The notes beneath the pieces were generated by a model. That model searched no databases. It was not told the DNA's origin and saw only the letters and a list, made by a program, of their open reading frames with translations. DNA of 64,000 bases, taken from contig WGMB01000001.1 of the NCBI GenBank assembly GCA_016125275.1, positions 26,079 through 90,078 of the forward strand. Reading direction: 5' to 3'. Source of the stretch: Acidobacteriota bacterium (GTDB taxonomy: Bacteria; Acidobacteriota; Terriglobia; Bryobacterales; UBA6623). Made by a program: the position numbers and the translations under genes. Positions 29,639 through 38,628 of the stretch are shown here, in pieces; position 1 is the first letter of the stretch, and each line of letters starts with the position of its first letter.

Positions 29639-29974
29639 ATGGAAAACAGAAGTGACAACCGACGCTTTCGCCGAACGAGAGATCATGGGCCGCAGACCCT
29701 CCAACTGAGCTACCAGGAAGTCGACGGCACTCCGCACGAGTGTGAAGCGAAGCTGTGGGACTTTAGCGAGGGCGGCCTCGGCATGGACAGCCCGCGCGCC
29801 TTCCAGCCCGGAGACGTCATCCAGATCAAAGGCTCGTTGCGCGGGCCGGCTTACTCGATGGCGCTCGACGCCCGGGTGCGCGTCGCCTACTGCCGCCGGA
29901 TGCACAAGGATTCGCACCGAGTGGGCGTGGCGTTTCTGGACGTTTCGTACCGCCGCATTGAAGAGCAGCCGTAG
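29639..29974 (+). CDS. Stand-alone PilZ domain protein (c-di-GMP receptor)
   Basis: RxxxR (RRFRR) and DxSxxG (DFSEGG) motifs, ending VGVAF. Confidence 0.85.
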   Translation: MENRSDNRRFRRTRDHGPQTLQLSYQEVDGTPHECEAKLWDFSEGGLGMDSPRAFQPGDVIQIKGSLRGPAYSMALDARVRVAYCRRMHKDSHRVGVAFLDVSYRRIEEQP

Positions 29975-30025
29975 GCGGGCGCCTTCCGCCGCCGCCGCTG
30001 TCGTTTTTGCTCACAATAGACGGCA

Positions 30026-31327
30026 GTGCGTTCGATTCTTTCCATTGCCGCGGCGTTGGCCGCAATCGGCATGCCCGCCGCCGGCCAAGCTCCCGCCGAC
30101 CGCGGACCCCTCAACAGCGGCGTCCCTTCGTGGCTGACGCTGGGCGTCGCGCAGCGGGTGCGCTACGAGTGGCAGACCGACATTGGGCTGAACCCGGCCG
30201 ATGACGACGGCTTTCTGGTGCAGCGGCTGCACCTGAGCGCCGACGTGCGGCCCTCGTCGAAGCTGCGCTTCTTCGTGCAGGGCCAGGACTCGCGGGCAGC
30301 CGGCCTGACCCAGGGCGCGCCGCGGCCGGCGATGAAGGACCGCATGGACCTGCGCCAGGGCTACGTGCAGATCGGCGACGCCAAGGAGTGGGGCTGGGAC
30401 CTCACCGTGGGCCGCCAGGAGCTGGTGATCGGCTACGAGCGGCTGATCGGCGTGAACCAGTGGGCGAACATTCCGCGGACATGGGACATGGCCCGGCTGG
30501 GTTTGCAGCGCGGGCGGGATCGCGTGGAGATCTTTTCCGCCTCGGTCGTACAGGTGGCCGCCAAAGGCTTCGACGAGGTGGCGCCGGGCGAGAACGTCCA
30601 TGGGACGCATGCGGTGCTGCGGTCGGTGCTGCCGGGCCATCGCTTCGAGCCGCACGTACTGTGGCGGACGCGTCCGCGGGTCACCGACGAGCGCGGCTTC
30701 GTGGCCGACTCCGACATTTGGACGTTCGGGTTCCGGCTGGCCGACGACTCCGACGGGCCGTGGGAATACGAGTTCGAGCTGGACGGCCAGCGCGGCGACT
30801 ACGGGCTCGACCAGCTCCGGGCGTGGCGCATGGTCGATCTGCTCGGCTACACCTGGAAGCAGAAGCCCTGGAAGCCCCGGCTGCTGACCGAGTACACCTT
30901 CGCCAGCGGCGACAAGCGACGCGGCGACGGCAAAATCGGCCGTTTTGACGCCTTGCCGGCGCGGGCCCACCGCATCTGGGGCATGATCGACCAGGTGGGC
31001 GGGCGCAACGCCAAGATCCTGCAGAACGGCCTGCATCTACGGCCCGCCCCCCGCTGGACCCTAAGGGCGGATCACTACTTCTACTGGCTGGCGACGCCGA
31101 CCGACGACCTCTACCGCCACAACGGGCGCTTGTACCTGGCGCTGCCGGCCAACAACACGGCGACCTACATCGGCCATGAGGTCGACGTGCAGGCGGGCTA
31201 TTCGGTCAATGAATGGCTGAGCCTGGGCGGCGGCCTGGGACGCCTCTACGCCGGGCCGGTGATCGAGCGCTACGCCTCCGGCGCTTCGCCCGCGCTGGGG
31301 TTCGTCTTTCTGCAACTCACCCTCTAG
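30026..31327 (+). CDS. Alginate export (AlgE-like) family outer-membrane protein
   Basis: Signal peptide; RVRYE, DLRQGY, VGRQELVIGYERLIG..W, ASGD and IGHEVD motifs. Confidence 0.85.
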   Translation: MRSILSIAAALAAIGMPAAGQAPADRGPLNSGVPSWLTLGVAQRVRYEWQTDIGLNPADDDGFLVQRLHLSADVRPSSKLRFFVQGQDSRAAGLTQGAPRPAMKDRMDLRQGYVQIGDAKEWGWDLTVGRQELVIGYERLIGVNQWANIPRTWDMARLGLQRGRDRVEIFSASVVQVAAKGFDEVAPGENVHGTHAVLRSVLPGHRFEPHVLWRTRPRVTDERGFVADSDIWTFGFRLADDSDGPWEYEFELDGQRGDYGLDQLRAWRMVDLLGYTWKQKPWKPRLLTEYTFASGDKRRGDGKIGRFDALPARAHRIWGMIDQVGGRNAKILQNGLHLRPAPRWTLRADHYFYWLATPTDDLYRHNGRLYLALPANNTATYIGHEVDVQAGYSVNEWLSLGGGLGRLYAGPVIERYASGASPALGFVFLQLTL

Positions 31328-31342
31328 CCGGCGCTTGCGGAC

Positions 31343-32224
31343 TCAGACGCTCAAGACGGGGCACGGGGCGCGACGGATCATGCCGAAGGCGTGCGAGCGC
31401 AACCCGGCAAAGAGCCCGTCGTCGCGGCGCCTGCCGATGACGAGCAGGTCCAGGTTTTGCTCTTCGGCCGCTCGCGCGACCACGTTCTCGGGCTCGCCGA
31501 TGTCGACCAGGACTTGCGCATCCGCGTTGATCTCGTCGAGCATGGCGGCTGTCCTCGTGCGGATGTGATCTTCCAAGACCCGGCCGAGTTGCGGCGCCGC
31601 CCGGGTTCCGCCGCCATCCTCCGAAATCGCCGGGATGGCGTGGACCACTTCGAGCTCGGCGCGGTAGGCGGCCGCGAAGTCGTTGGCAAAGCGAAGGACG
31701 CGGCTGCTTTGCTCTTCGAGGTCGATGGCGCAGCCGATCCTCCGGTAAGGACGCAACGAGAAGGTCTCGATGTCGTCCACGTGGGCGCCGGTGAAGACGG
31801 GGCACTCGGAGTCGTTGAGGACCTTGGTGGTGACCGAGCCGAGCAGGAAACGTCGAAACGGCCCGGCTCCGGCGGTGGGCATCACGACCAGATCCACGTC
31901 GAGCTGCTTGATGGTGTCCTCGATCAGGACCGCCGGAGGACCGTTGACCACCACACGGTCGCCGGGGTGGCCGGGCGCAACTTGCTCCACGAGCGCGTGC
32001 AACTTCTTGCGGATAGCCGCCAAGTGGTCCGGAGTCGGCGTCCAGAAGGCCCCGGCGGCGCCGTACTCAGTGAGGAACGCGCTGTCGTACGGCAAGTCGG
32101 GAATCACGTGGAGGAAGACGACGCCGGCGTTGAAGTGTTTGGCGATGTTGATTCCGTGCTCGATCGCCCGCCGGGAGCGGGACGAGAAATCGACCGGAAT
32201 CAGAATCTTGTTGATATCCAGCAT
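31343..32224 (-). CDS. Universal stress protein (tandem UspA domains)
   Basis: KILIPVDFS, DLVVMPT.G...FLLGSVTTKVL..CPV, second domain DLLVIGRR...APCPVLSV. Start ATG 32224. Confidence 0.92.
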   Translation of the reverse strand: MLDINKILIPVDFSSRSRRAIEHGINIAKHFNAGVVFLHVIPDLPYDSAFLTEYGAAGAFWTPTPDHLAAIRKKLHALVEQVAPGHPGDRVVVNGPPAVLIEDTIKQLDVDLVVMPTAGAGPFRRFLLGSVTTKVLNDSECPVFTGAHVDDIETFSLRPYRRIGCAIDLEEQSSRVLRFANDFAAAYRAELEVVHAIPAISEDGGGTRAAPQLGRVLEDHIRTRTAAMLDEINADAQVLVDIGEPENVVARAAEEQNLDLLVIGRRRDDGLFAGLRSHAFGMIRRAPCPVLSV

Positions 32225-32318
32225 GTGCCCGGGGGACGCGGGCTGGCCCGCCGTTGTTTCACGGCGAGGGACAGGGAGGTAACAGCAGGGCGCGACGGGT
32301 TGTCCCTGGGGTGAGCCC

Positions 32319-33209
32319 ATGTCGTATCGTGTCGCCATCGTCGACGGGGTCGGGCGCGAGGTCGGTCGCGCGGCGCGCGAGCAGGTGCGGAAGGCGCTCG
32401 GCGAGATCAGCTCCGAGAAGCTGGGTTTGGGCGGGCGCGTGCATCAGGTTCGTAAGCGGTTGAAGAAGGTGCGCTCAGCTTTACGGCTGCTTCGACCGCG
32501 CCTGCGGACCTCCTACGCTGCGGAAAACGCCCACTTCCGGGATCTGGGCCGTCTGCTGGCGCCGCTTCGTGAGGCGGATGCGGCGGTGGAAACGCTGGGA
32601 CGGCTCGCCCAAACCGGTCTGGGAAAGGACGACGGGCGCGCGCTGGGCCGTTTGTTGGAGGCGGCTGTTCGACGCCGGGACGAGCTGACCTCCGACGACG
32701 CGAGGGTTCGGGCGACGCTCGAAGAGGCCCGCCTTCGGTTGGCCGACGGGGTCCGCCGGATTGCTGCTTGGGAGGTCGATGGCGACGGTTTCGACGAGAT
32801 CGGAGCCGGCCTCGCCAAGACCTATCGACAGGCCCGGAGCGCCGGCCGCGCGGCTGCGAGCCGGCAGACGGCCGAGGCCTTCCACGAATTTCGTAAACGC
32901 GGGAAGGACCACTGGCGCCACGTCGGCTTGCTTCGAGACGTTTGGCCGACGCCGATGAAAGCGCGCGCCCACGAGCTCCACGCGCTGGGCGACCTATTGG
33001 GCGACGACCACGACCTGAGCGACGTGGTCGACCTGGCCGAGCGGATCGGGGTTTCGGAGGGACAAGCGGATCTGCTCGAAGAGCTGCGGCTGCGCTCCGC
33101 GAACCTGCGGGAGCGAGCGGATTCTCTGCGCATCCGGCTCTTTGCGGAGAAGCCCAAGCGCTTCCGGCAGCGCTGCCAAACGCTGTGGAACGCGCCGCCT
33201 CTTAGCTGA
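32319..33209 (+). CDS. CHAD domain protein (polyphosphate-binding family)
   Basis: HQVRKRLKKVRSALRL, HEFRKRGK and LGDLLGDDHDL conserved His motifs. Confidence 0.88.
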   Translation: MSYRVAIVDGVGREVGRAAREQVRKALGEISSEKLGLGGRVHQVRKRLKKVRSALRLLRPRLRTSYAAENAHFRDLGRLLAPLREADAAVETLGRLAQTGLGKDDGRALGRLLEAAVRRRDELTSDDARVRATLEEARLRLADGVRRIAAWEVDGDGFDEIGAGLAKTYRQARSAGRAAASRQTAEAFHEFRKRGKDHWRHVGLLRDVWPTPMKARAHELHALGDLLGDDHDLSDVVDLAERIGVSEGQADLLEELRLRSANLRERADSLRIRLFAEKPKRFRQRCQTLWNAPPLS

Positions 33210-34437
33210 GCAGGCCGACCACGGCCAAGTAGAGCATGTAGGTCGAGAACAGCAGCGTGATCGCCATGCCGAAGTGCAGCAAGGGCGACGGCGGGTGCTT
33301 GCCTGCGACCTCCTTCTTGGAGATCAGGACCCAGACGAAGAGCACGAACAGCGGCATCACCAGCGGGCTCAGCGCCTGCGAAGCGATCATGATCGGCACC
33401 GGTCGGCCTCCGAACAGAGGCACGATCAGGCCGAACAGGGCCGCTACGATCACCATGCCGCGAAACAGCGGCGCCGTCATGTCCCGCTCTTTGCCGTTGA
33501 AGTCGGCGTAGAGCCAGGGACCCAGCAGGTAGTTGGGGAACAACGACGACAAACCGGCGGCCAGAATGCCCAGCACGAAGCCGGCCACGGCCAGCTTGCC
33601 GGCCAGAGGCTCCAGCGTGCGCACCATGTCGATCGCCTGCTCCACCGGCTGATGCTCGACGAACAGGGTGCCGGCGGCGCAGGCCATGATGGCGGCGTTG
33701 ATGAAGAACAGCAGGGTCATCGAGACGGCCGAGTCCCGTACGGATTCGCCGTACTCCGCCATCGTCCAGCCTTTCTCGAGCACCAGCACGCTGCGGGTGA
33801 TGAGCACGACGCCGGCCATGGTGGTGCCGACCATGCTGGCGATCAGCAGAGCCGGGTTGCCCACATCGGGGATCCTGGGCGCGAGGCCCTCGATCATCGT
33901 CGAGGGGTCCGGGGCGACCAGCGCCGCCGTGAACAGGAACGCCACGCCCATCAGGGCCACCAGGGCGGCCAGCAGATTGAGGAAGAACTGGTGACGGCCC
34001 ACCCAGTACAGACCCAGCAGCAGCAGGGTGAAGCCGATCGCGCCGGCCAGCGTGGGCAAGCCGACGCCGAAGAGCATCCCCGTCCATTCGCGAAACACGT
34101 CAGTGACGATTGCCATGACGCCTACGATCGAGGCCAACTGGGTGCTCACCAGCGCCAGGATCATGAAGATCGTGACCGGCGCCCCGAAATGCCGCCGGAA
34201 CAGGTGCAGCGTCGTCTCGCCGGTGAGGATCGTCAGCCGGCTCAGCGCCACGACCATGATGTGCGTGAACAGGGACGCCAGAATCAGCGTCCAGGTCAGC
34301 GACATGCCGTAGCTGGCGCCGGCCGAGGCCATCGTCGTCACCGAGCCCGTGCCGATGACGTAGCCGATCATGAAGATGCCCGGCAGGATGGAGGAGAGAA
34401 ACTTCAGCGCGGGAGACGTCGGCGCGTTCGATGGCAT
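33202..34437 (-). CDS. NRAMP-family divalent metal transporter
   Basis: PGIFMIGYVIGTGSVTTM..AGA.YG..L.W and MVGTT motifs; about 11 TM helices. Start ATG 34437. Confidence 0.85.
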   Translation of the reverse strand: MPSNAPTSPALKFLSSILPGIFMIGYVIGTGSVTTMASAGASYGMSLTWTLILASLFTHIMVVALSRLTILTGETTLHLFRRHFGAPVTIFMILALVSTQLASIVGVMAIVTDVFREWTGMLFGVGLPTLAGAIGFTLLLLGLYWVGRHQFFLNLLAALVALMGVAFLFTAALVAPDPSTMIEGLAPRIPDVGNPALLIASMVGTTMAGVVLITRSVLVLEKGWTMAEYGESVRDSAVSMTLLFFINAAIMACAAGTLFVEHQPVEQAIDMVRTLEPLAGKLAVAGFVLGILAAGLSSLFPNYLLGPWLYADFNGKERDMTAPLFRGMVIVAALFGLIVPLFGGRPVPIMIASQALSPLVMPLFVLFVWVLISKKEVAGKHPPSPLLHFGMAITLLFSTYMLYLAVVGLLS

Positions 34438-34501
34438 TGGGCCGTGAGGATACTCGAAATCAAGGGGACGCAGCAAGCGAGGGCTCGGCGGGGAGGCCCT
34501 C

Positions 34502-36340
34502 TCAGCGCATCAGGAACCACCATGCCGCAGCGGCTGCGGCGATCAGGGCCACGACCACCGCGACGGCGATCCAGACCTTTCTGCTCTTGGGCCGCGGCTT
34601 CGCGGCGCCCTTCTTGGCAACTGGCCGCGGCTTGTCCGCTACGGCCGTCGCGTGACGGGTGTCCTCGATGCGCGACAGGATCGACGCCAGCGCTTCCGAC
34701 GCCTCTTCATAGGACGTGACGGCGGTGGCGGGGTTCTTGGAGATCATCTTGGCGACGAGCTCGGAGAGCGCCGACGGCACCCAGTTCCGATTCTGTCCCA
34801 GCGGCGGGGCGGCCTCGCCGGGGTTGCTCTGCCACTGCATCCAGGCCATGTTGGGCTGCGGGTCTTCCTCGTGCGGAAACACTCGCACGAAGCCGTCGCG
34901 GCCGGCCAGCCATTCGTAGGCGATGAAGCCGAGGGCGTAGAGATCCGCGCGAGCCACGTCCGGGGCCTCCAGCGGGGCCTCGAGGAGCCATTCCGGCGCT
35001 CTGTACTTGGGCTGCGTGACGGCCACGGTCTGGCCCGGCTCGGGCGGCGGGGCCGGGTCGATCTGAAAGTCGTCTCCGTTCAGGTAGATCGTCGAAGGCG
35101 ACAGCGCGGCGTGGTAGAGGCCCTCGGCGCGCAGGGTGATCAGGCGGTCGAGGATCTTTTGCAGCGCCGTCACCACGGGCAAGGTGCGCCCGGGCTCGGG
35201 GGCGATCTTCTCCGCCAGCGTGCGACGCGTCTTCTTGGGCCGTGGCGGCGGGGTAGCCGCTTTGGGCTTGGGGGGGGCCTTGGGCTCGGGCGGCGCCGGC
35301 TTGGCGGGCGGCGGCGGAGGCGGCGGTTCGGGCTCCGGCTGGGGTTCAGGCTCAGGTTCGGGCTCCGGCTCGGGTTCCGGGGCGCGAGGGAGCGGTTCGG
35401 CCACCGGAGGAGTTTCCACCACGGCGGGAGGAGGCTCGGGCTGGGAAATCGGCTCAGGCTCAGGTTCCGGTTGGGGCTCAGGCTCGGGCTCGGGCTCCGG
35501 TTCCGGGGCAGGTTCCGGTTCCGGTTCCGGCTCCTCGACGTACGGGCCGCCCAACTGCTCCAGCAACTCGTCGACGCTGTTGAAGCGCTGCTCGGCTTCG
35601 GGCTCCAGGCAGCGCTCCACGGCCGCCGCCAGATCCGCAGGGGTTTCGGGGGCCAGCTTGGCCACCTTCGGCGGGGGCTGCATGAAGCGCGAGATGACGT
35701 CCACGCCCTTCAGCGGCGCCTCGCCGGTGAGCATCTCGAACAATACGGCTCCGACCGAGTAGAGGTCCGAGCGAGCGTCCAACGGACGCCCCAACAGGTG
35801 CTCGGGCGAGCGGTAGGGGGGCGCTCCGCCGGGCAGCGCGATCGTCTGCTGCACGGCTACGTCGCGGGCCATCTCGAAGTCGCGCAGCTTCCAGCGGCTG
35901 TCCGCGCCGAGAACCAGGGCGTCGGGGCGAATGTCGCGGTGAATGATCCCCTTGGAGTGCAGGAACGACAGCGCCGAGCACAATTGGCGGGCGATCGGCA
36001 GCAGCTCCTCGGCGCTGAGACGCCCTTTGCGGGCCCGCAGCTCGGCCAGGGAGTCGCCGGGGGCGTACTCGGTCAGCGCGAAGGGCAGGCCGCGATGCTC
36101 GCCCAGCTCCAGCACGGCCAGCAGATGCGGGTGCCGCAGCTCGCTGGCGACGCGTCCCTGACGGAGAAAGTCCTCGCGATGCTTGGCGTTGCGCGCCGAG
36201 ACCTCGTCGATGATCTTGAGCCCGAACCGGCGGCCGCTGGTGCGGTCGAGCGCCTCGAACAGCTCATGCCGCTCCCCGCGGCCCACCGAACGGAGGATTT
36301 CAAAGCGATCGGCGACGAGCTGTCCGGCGGCGAGGTCCAT
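34502..36340 (-). CDS. Membrane-anchored tandem Ser/Thr kinase-like protein (both domains degenerate) with Pro/Glu linker
   Basis: Domain 1: [33 protein letters not shown]. (EP)n linker. Domain 2: [23 protein letters not shown]-terminal [23 protein letters not shown]. Confidence 0.85.
   Translation of the reverse strand: MDLAAGQLVADRFEILRSVGRGERHELFEALDRTSGRRFGLKIIDEVSARNAKHREDFLRQGRVASELRHPHLLAVLELGEHRGLPFALTEYAPGDSLAELRARKGRLSAEELLPIARQLCSALSFLHSKGIIHRDIRPDALVLGADSRWKLRDFEMARDVAVQQTIALPGGAPPYRSPEHLLGRPLDARSDLYSVGAVLFEMLTGEAPLKGVDVISRFMQPPPKVAKLAPETPADLAAAVERCLEPEAEQRFNSVDELLEQLGGPYVEEPEPEPEPAPEPEPEPEPEPQPEPEPEPISQPEPPPAVVETPPVAEPLPRAPEPEPEPEPEPEPQPEPEPPPPPPPAKPAPPEPKAPPKPKAATPPPRPKKTRRTLAEKIAPEPGRTLPVVTALQKILDRLITLRAEGLYHAALSPSTIYLNGDDFQIDPAPPPEPGQTVAVTQPKYRAPEWLLEAPLEAPDVARADLYALGFIAYEWLAGRDGFVRVFPHEEDPQPNMAWMQWQSNPGEAAPPLGQNRNWVPSALSELVAKMISKNPATAVTSYEEASEALASILSRIEDTRHATAVADKPRPVAKKGAAKPRPKSRKVWIAVAVVVALIAAAAAAWWFLMR
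35324..35536 (-). repeat. Two blocks of degenerate 6-bp repeats encoding (Glu-Pro)n
   Basis: GGTTCC/GGCTCG/GGCTCA-type hexamers on + at ~35324-35380 and ~35450-35536, translating as EPEPEP... on the minus strand. Confidence 0.85.
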
Positions 36341-36378
36341 GAGCGAGGCGATCCCCCGCCCATTTTTTCACAAACGCC

Positions 36379-37191
36379 CTATTCGCCGGACTGGAGCTGC
36401 AGCCAGACCTGCGGCGGCACGAAGGGATGCTTCTGCGCGGGCTCCATGCCGTGCTGCACCATCTTGATCTGGTAGCGGGCGATCGACTGGTGGACGCCCA
36501 TCGTCACGCCCTCCAGCCCGACCTCGTAGTCTGGGAAGGCGGAGTCGGGGAAGCGGACCTTCCAGCCGTAGCGGCCCTCGTAGAACTTGGGCTCGCCCAT
36601 GCCCCAGGCCTCGGTCGTCTTGGTGATCTGGGCCAGCTTTTCCGGGCTGACGTCCGGCGGCGTGCCGGCCTGCTTGAAGTACTTGAGGTCCTGCTCCCAG
36701 CGGATCTTGGCCGTCTGGTACTCGCGGTAGTTCTTGTACTGCGTGCTGACGGGCTTCTCGCCGAACACGTCGACGAAGCCGTCGGGAAGCTGCGCGGCGC
36801 CGCCCGTGGTCGCACCGGTTCCGCCGGCTCCTCCGGTGGCGATGTTGTTGGCGGCCTCGGCGCGCTTCCAGGGTTCCTGGCCGGTGAAGGGGTTCACGTA
36901 CCACCAGCCGCCGCCGTACTCTTCCGGCGCCTGGTGATAGGGGCCGTTGGGGGTTTTCCAGGAATCAGGCACGTCGGCGCGGTCGCCGACGGCCGTCCGC
37001 GGCGCGGGCTGCTGCGAAGCGGTGGGCGTGGGGTCGGCCGGGGCCTTGACCGAACCGCTGAGGGGTTCGATCGCCGAAGTGTCCAGCGCGTCGCGGAAGG
37101 AGCCGCCCTTGCGGGCGTCAGTCTTCGTCGACGGCTGCTTGAGCTCGGCGTCAACGCCTCCGGGAAGGGTGAGCTTCTGGTTGATCTTCAT
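36379..37191 (-). CDS. Hypothetical protein, candidate T3SS substrate
   Basis: ATG 37191 (MKINQKLTL...). Strong codon bias, disordered N-terminus, aromatic-rich core, no Sec signal, preceded by the locus promoter motif. Confidence 0.75.
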   Translation of the reverse strand: MKINQKLTLPGGVDAELKQPSTKTDARKGGSFRDALDTSAIEPLSGSVKAPADPTPTASQQPAPRTAVGDRADVPDSWKTPNGPYHQAPEEYGGGWWYVNPFTGQEPWKRAEAANNIATGGAGGTGATTGGAAQLPDGFVDVFGEKPVSTQYKNYREYQTAKIRWEQDLKYFKQAGTPPDVSPEKLAQITKTTEAWGMGEPKFYEGRYGWKVRFPDSAFPDYEVGLEGVTMGVHQSIARYQIKMVQHGMEPAQKHPFVPPQVWLQLQSGE

Positions 37192-37242
37192 GGCAATGTG
37201 CAGCCTTCGACCCCGCGAGCGGCCCAAGGTCCCTGCACAGAT

Positions 37243-37269
37243 GTTATCGCTTGGCGCGGCGGGAAGTTG
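37243..37269 (-). promoter_or_regulatory. sigma28-like promoter copy 1 (CAACTT-N14-CGATAAC)
   Basis: Minus strand reads CAACTT-CCCGCCGCGCCAAG-CGATAAC, 51 nt upstream of ATG 37191. Confidence 0.8.
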
Positions 37270-37369
37270 CCCCCCTGCGAAGGGGAGCTTCGGCAATTCC
37301 CGAGAATTGGTATCGTATGGCTTGTCGGTTGGGCCGGAAGAAGTTGCTGCCGGACGCGGTGAGGTCACC

Positions 37370-38053
37370 TTGGACGCCCGCTTGATGACCTTGATCGAGA
37401 AGCATCGGCCTTACGCCCGCGCGATCGCGGCGGAGGTGCTGCGGAAGCTCCCTCCCCACGCGGAAAGGGACGAGCTGGAGGCCGCCGCGGACCTCGGACT
37501 GGTGGAGGCCGCGCAGGCCTACGACGCCTCGCGCGGCGTCCAGTTCAAGACCTTCTCCTATTACCGCATCCGCGGCGCGATTTACGATTCGATCCGGCGC
37601 GCGACTTGGCTGTCAAAGTCCGAGTACGACAAGGTGCGCTTCGAAGCCGCCGCCAACTCCTACATGGGCGACCAAGCCGAGGGCTCCGCGCCGGACGGCA
37701 CGGCGGAGCAGATGCTCGACTCGCTGGGCCGCGCCAGTGAGTCGCTGGCCGTCTGCTACTGGATGTCTCTCGAGGCCGAGGGGATGCCCTCGCCCGAAGA
37801 CCCCTCGCTCGACGCCGAGGGGCAGCTGCTCGAGGATGAGCAGAGCCGCCTGCTGCGGGCGGCGATCCAGAAGTTGCCCGAGAACCAGCGCGTGGTGCTG
37901 CAGGGCTACTACTTCGAGGGCAAGAAGTTCAACGAGGTCGCCGACGCCTTGAATCTGTCCAAGAGCAGGGTTTCGCGCATCCACGCCAAGGGCCTGGAGG
38001 CCCTGCGGGACGCCTTGACCGGCTCGCTCGCCGCCGCTCCGGCCGGATCGTGA
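37370..38053 (+). CDS. FliA/WhiG (sigma28)-like RNA polymerase sigma factor
   Basis: GLVEAAQAYDASRGVQFKTFSYYRIRGAIYDSIR (region 2) and LPENQRVVLQGYYFEG...VADALNLSKSRVSRIH (region 4). Start TTG 37370 or ATG 37385. Confidence 0.9.
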   Translation: MDARLMTLIEKHRPYARAIAAEVLRKLPPHAERDELEAAADLGLVEAAQAYDASRGVQFKTFSYYRIRGAIYDSIRRATWLSKSEYDKVRFEAAANSYMGDQAEGSAPDGTAEQMLDSLGRASESLAVCYWMSLEAEGMPSPEDPSLDAEGQLLEDEQSRLLRAAIQKLPENQRVVLQGYYFEGKKFNEVADALNLSKSRVSRIHAKGLEALRDALTGSLAAAPAGS

Positions 38054-38054
38054 G

Positions 38055-38081
38055 CAACTTTTTCGGCGGCGCGACGATAAC
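38055..38081 (+). promoter_or_regulatory. sigma28-like promoter copy 2
   Basis: CAACTT-TTTCGGCGGCGCGA-CGATAAC immediately after the sigma stop, 10 nt before ATG 38092. Confidence 0.8.
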
Positions 38082-38091
38082 TCCAGCGAAC

Positions 38092-38628
38092 ATGGCAGAC
38101 CCGGTCATTACTCGATCCATCACCTCGGGCGTCACGCCGAAGCCGACCCAGACCGAAGGGCCGGCCAAGGGACAGTCGTTCGAGCAGGTGCGCCAGAGCA
38201 TGGCGGAGAAGATGCAGTCAACGGCGCAGATGCCGCCCGAGGCCGCCGCTCCGACCGCGGAAGTGAAGAAGTCTCTGGCGACGGAGCTGCACAAGAAGCT
38301 CCAGAACAGCCAGATGAAGACGCCGCAGCAGGTCTTCGGTCCCGAGATGCAGGACCTCGGCGGTAAGATCAACGGTTTACGGGTCAAGGTCGAGAAGACG
38401 CCGAACACTCCGGAGCTGTCGCCGCTGCGAACCCGTCTCGAGAAACTCGAGTCGCAGTTTTCGCAGACCGGCGCCCGGCTGGAGAAGCTCACGTCCACCA
38501 ACGACCCCCGGGCCATGCTGCAGTTGCAGGTCGAGGTCCATCAGATGACCCAGAATTTCGAGATCGTCTCCAAGGTAGTGGAGCAGGTGAACAGTGGAGT
38601 CAAACAGATTATTCAAACCCAGGTTTGA
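38092..38628 (+). CDS. sctI: T3SS inner-rod protein, SctI-like
   Basis: C-terminal DPRAMLQLQ...FEIVSKVVEQVNSGVKQIIQTQV fits the YscI/HrpB2/PrgJ-type helix; directly upstream of sctJ. Confidence 0.7.
   Translation: MADPVITRSITSGVTPKPTQTEGPAKGQSFEQVRQSMAEKMQSTAQMPPEAAAPTAEVKKSLATELHKKLQNSQMKTPQQVFGPEMQDLGGKINGLRVKVEKTPNTPELSPLRTRLEKLESQFSQTGARLEKLTSTNDPRAMLQLQVEVHQMTQNFEIVSKVVEQVNSGVKQIIQTQV

Noticed and set aside
35324-35536. Short tandem repeats as CRISPR or contingency locus
   Set aside because: They are synonymous-variant codons for an (EP)n linker, with no spacers and no cas genes.
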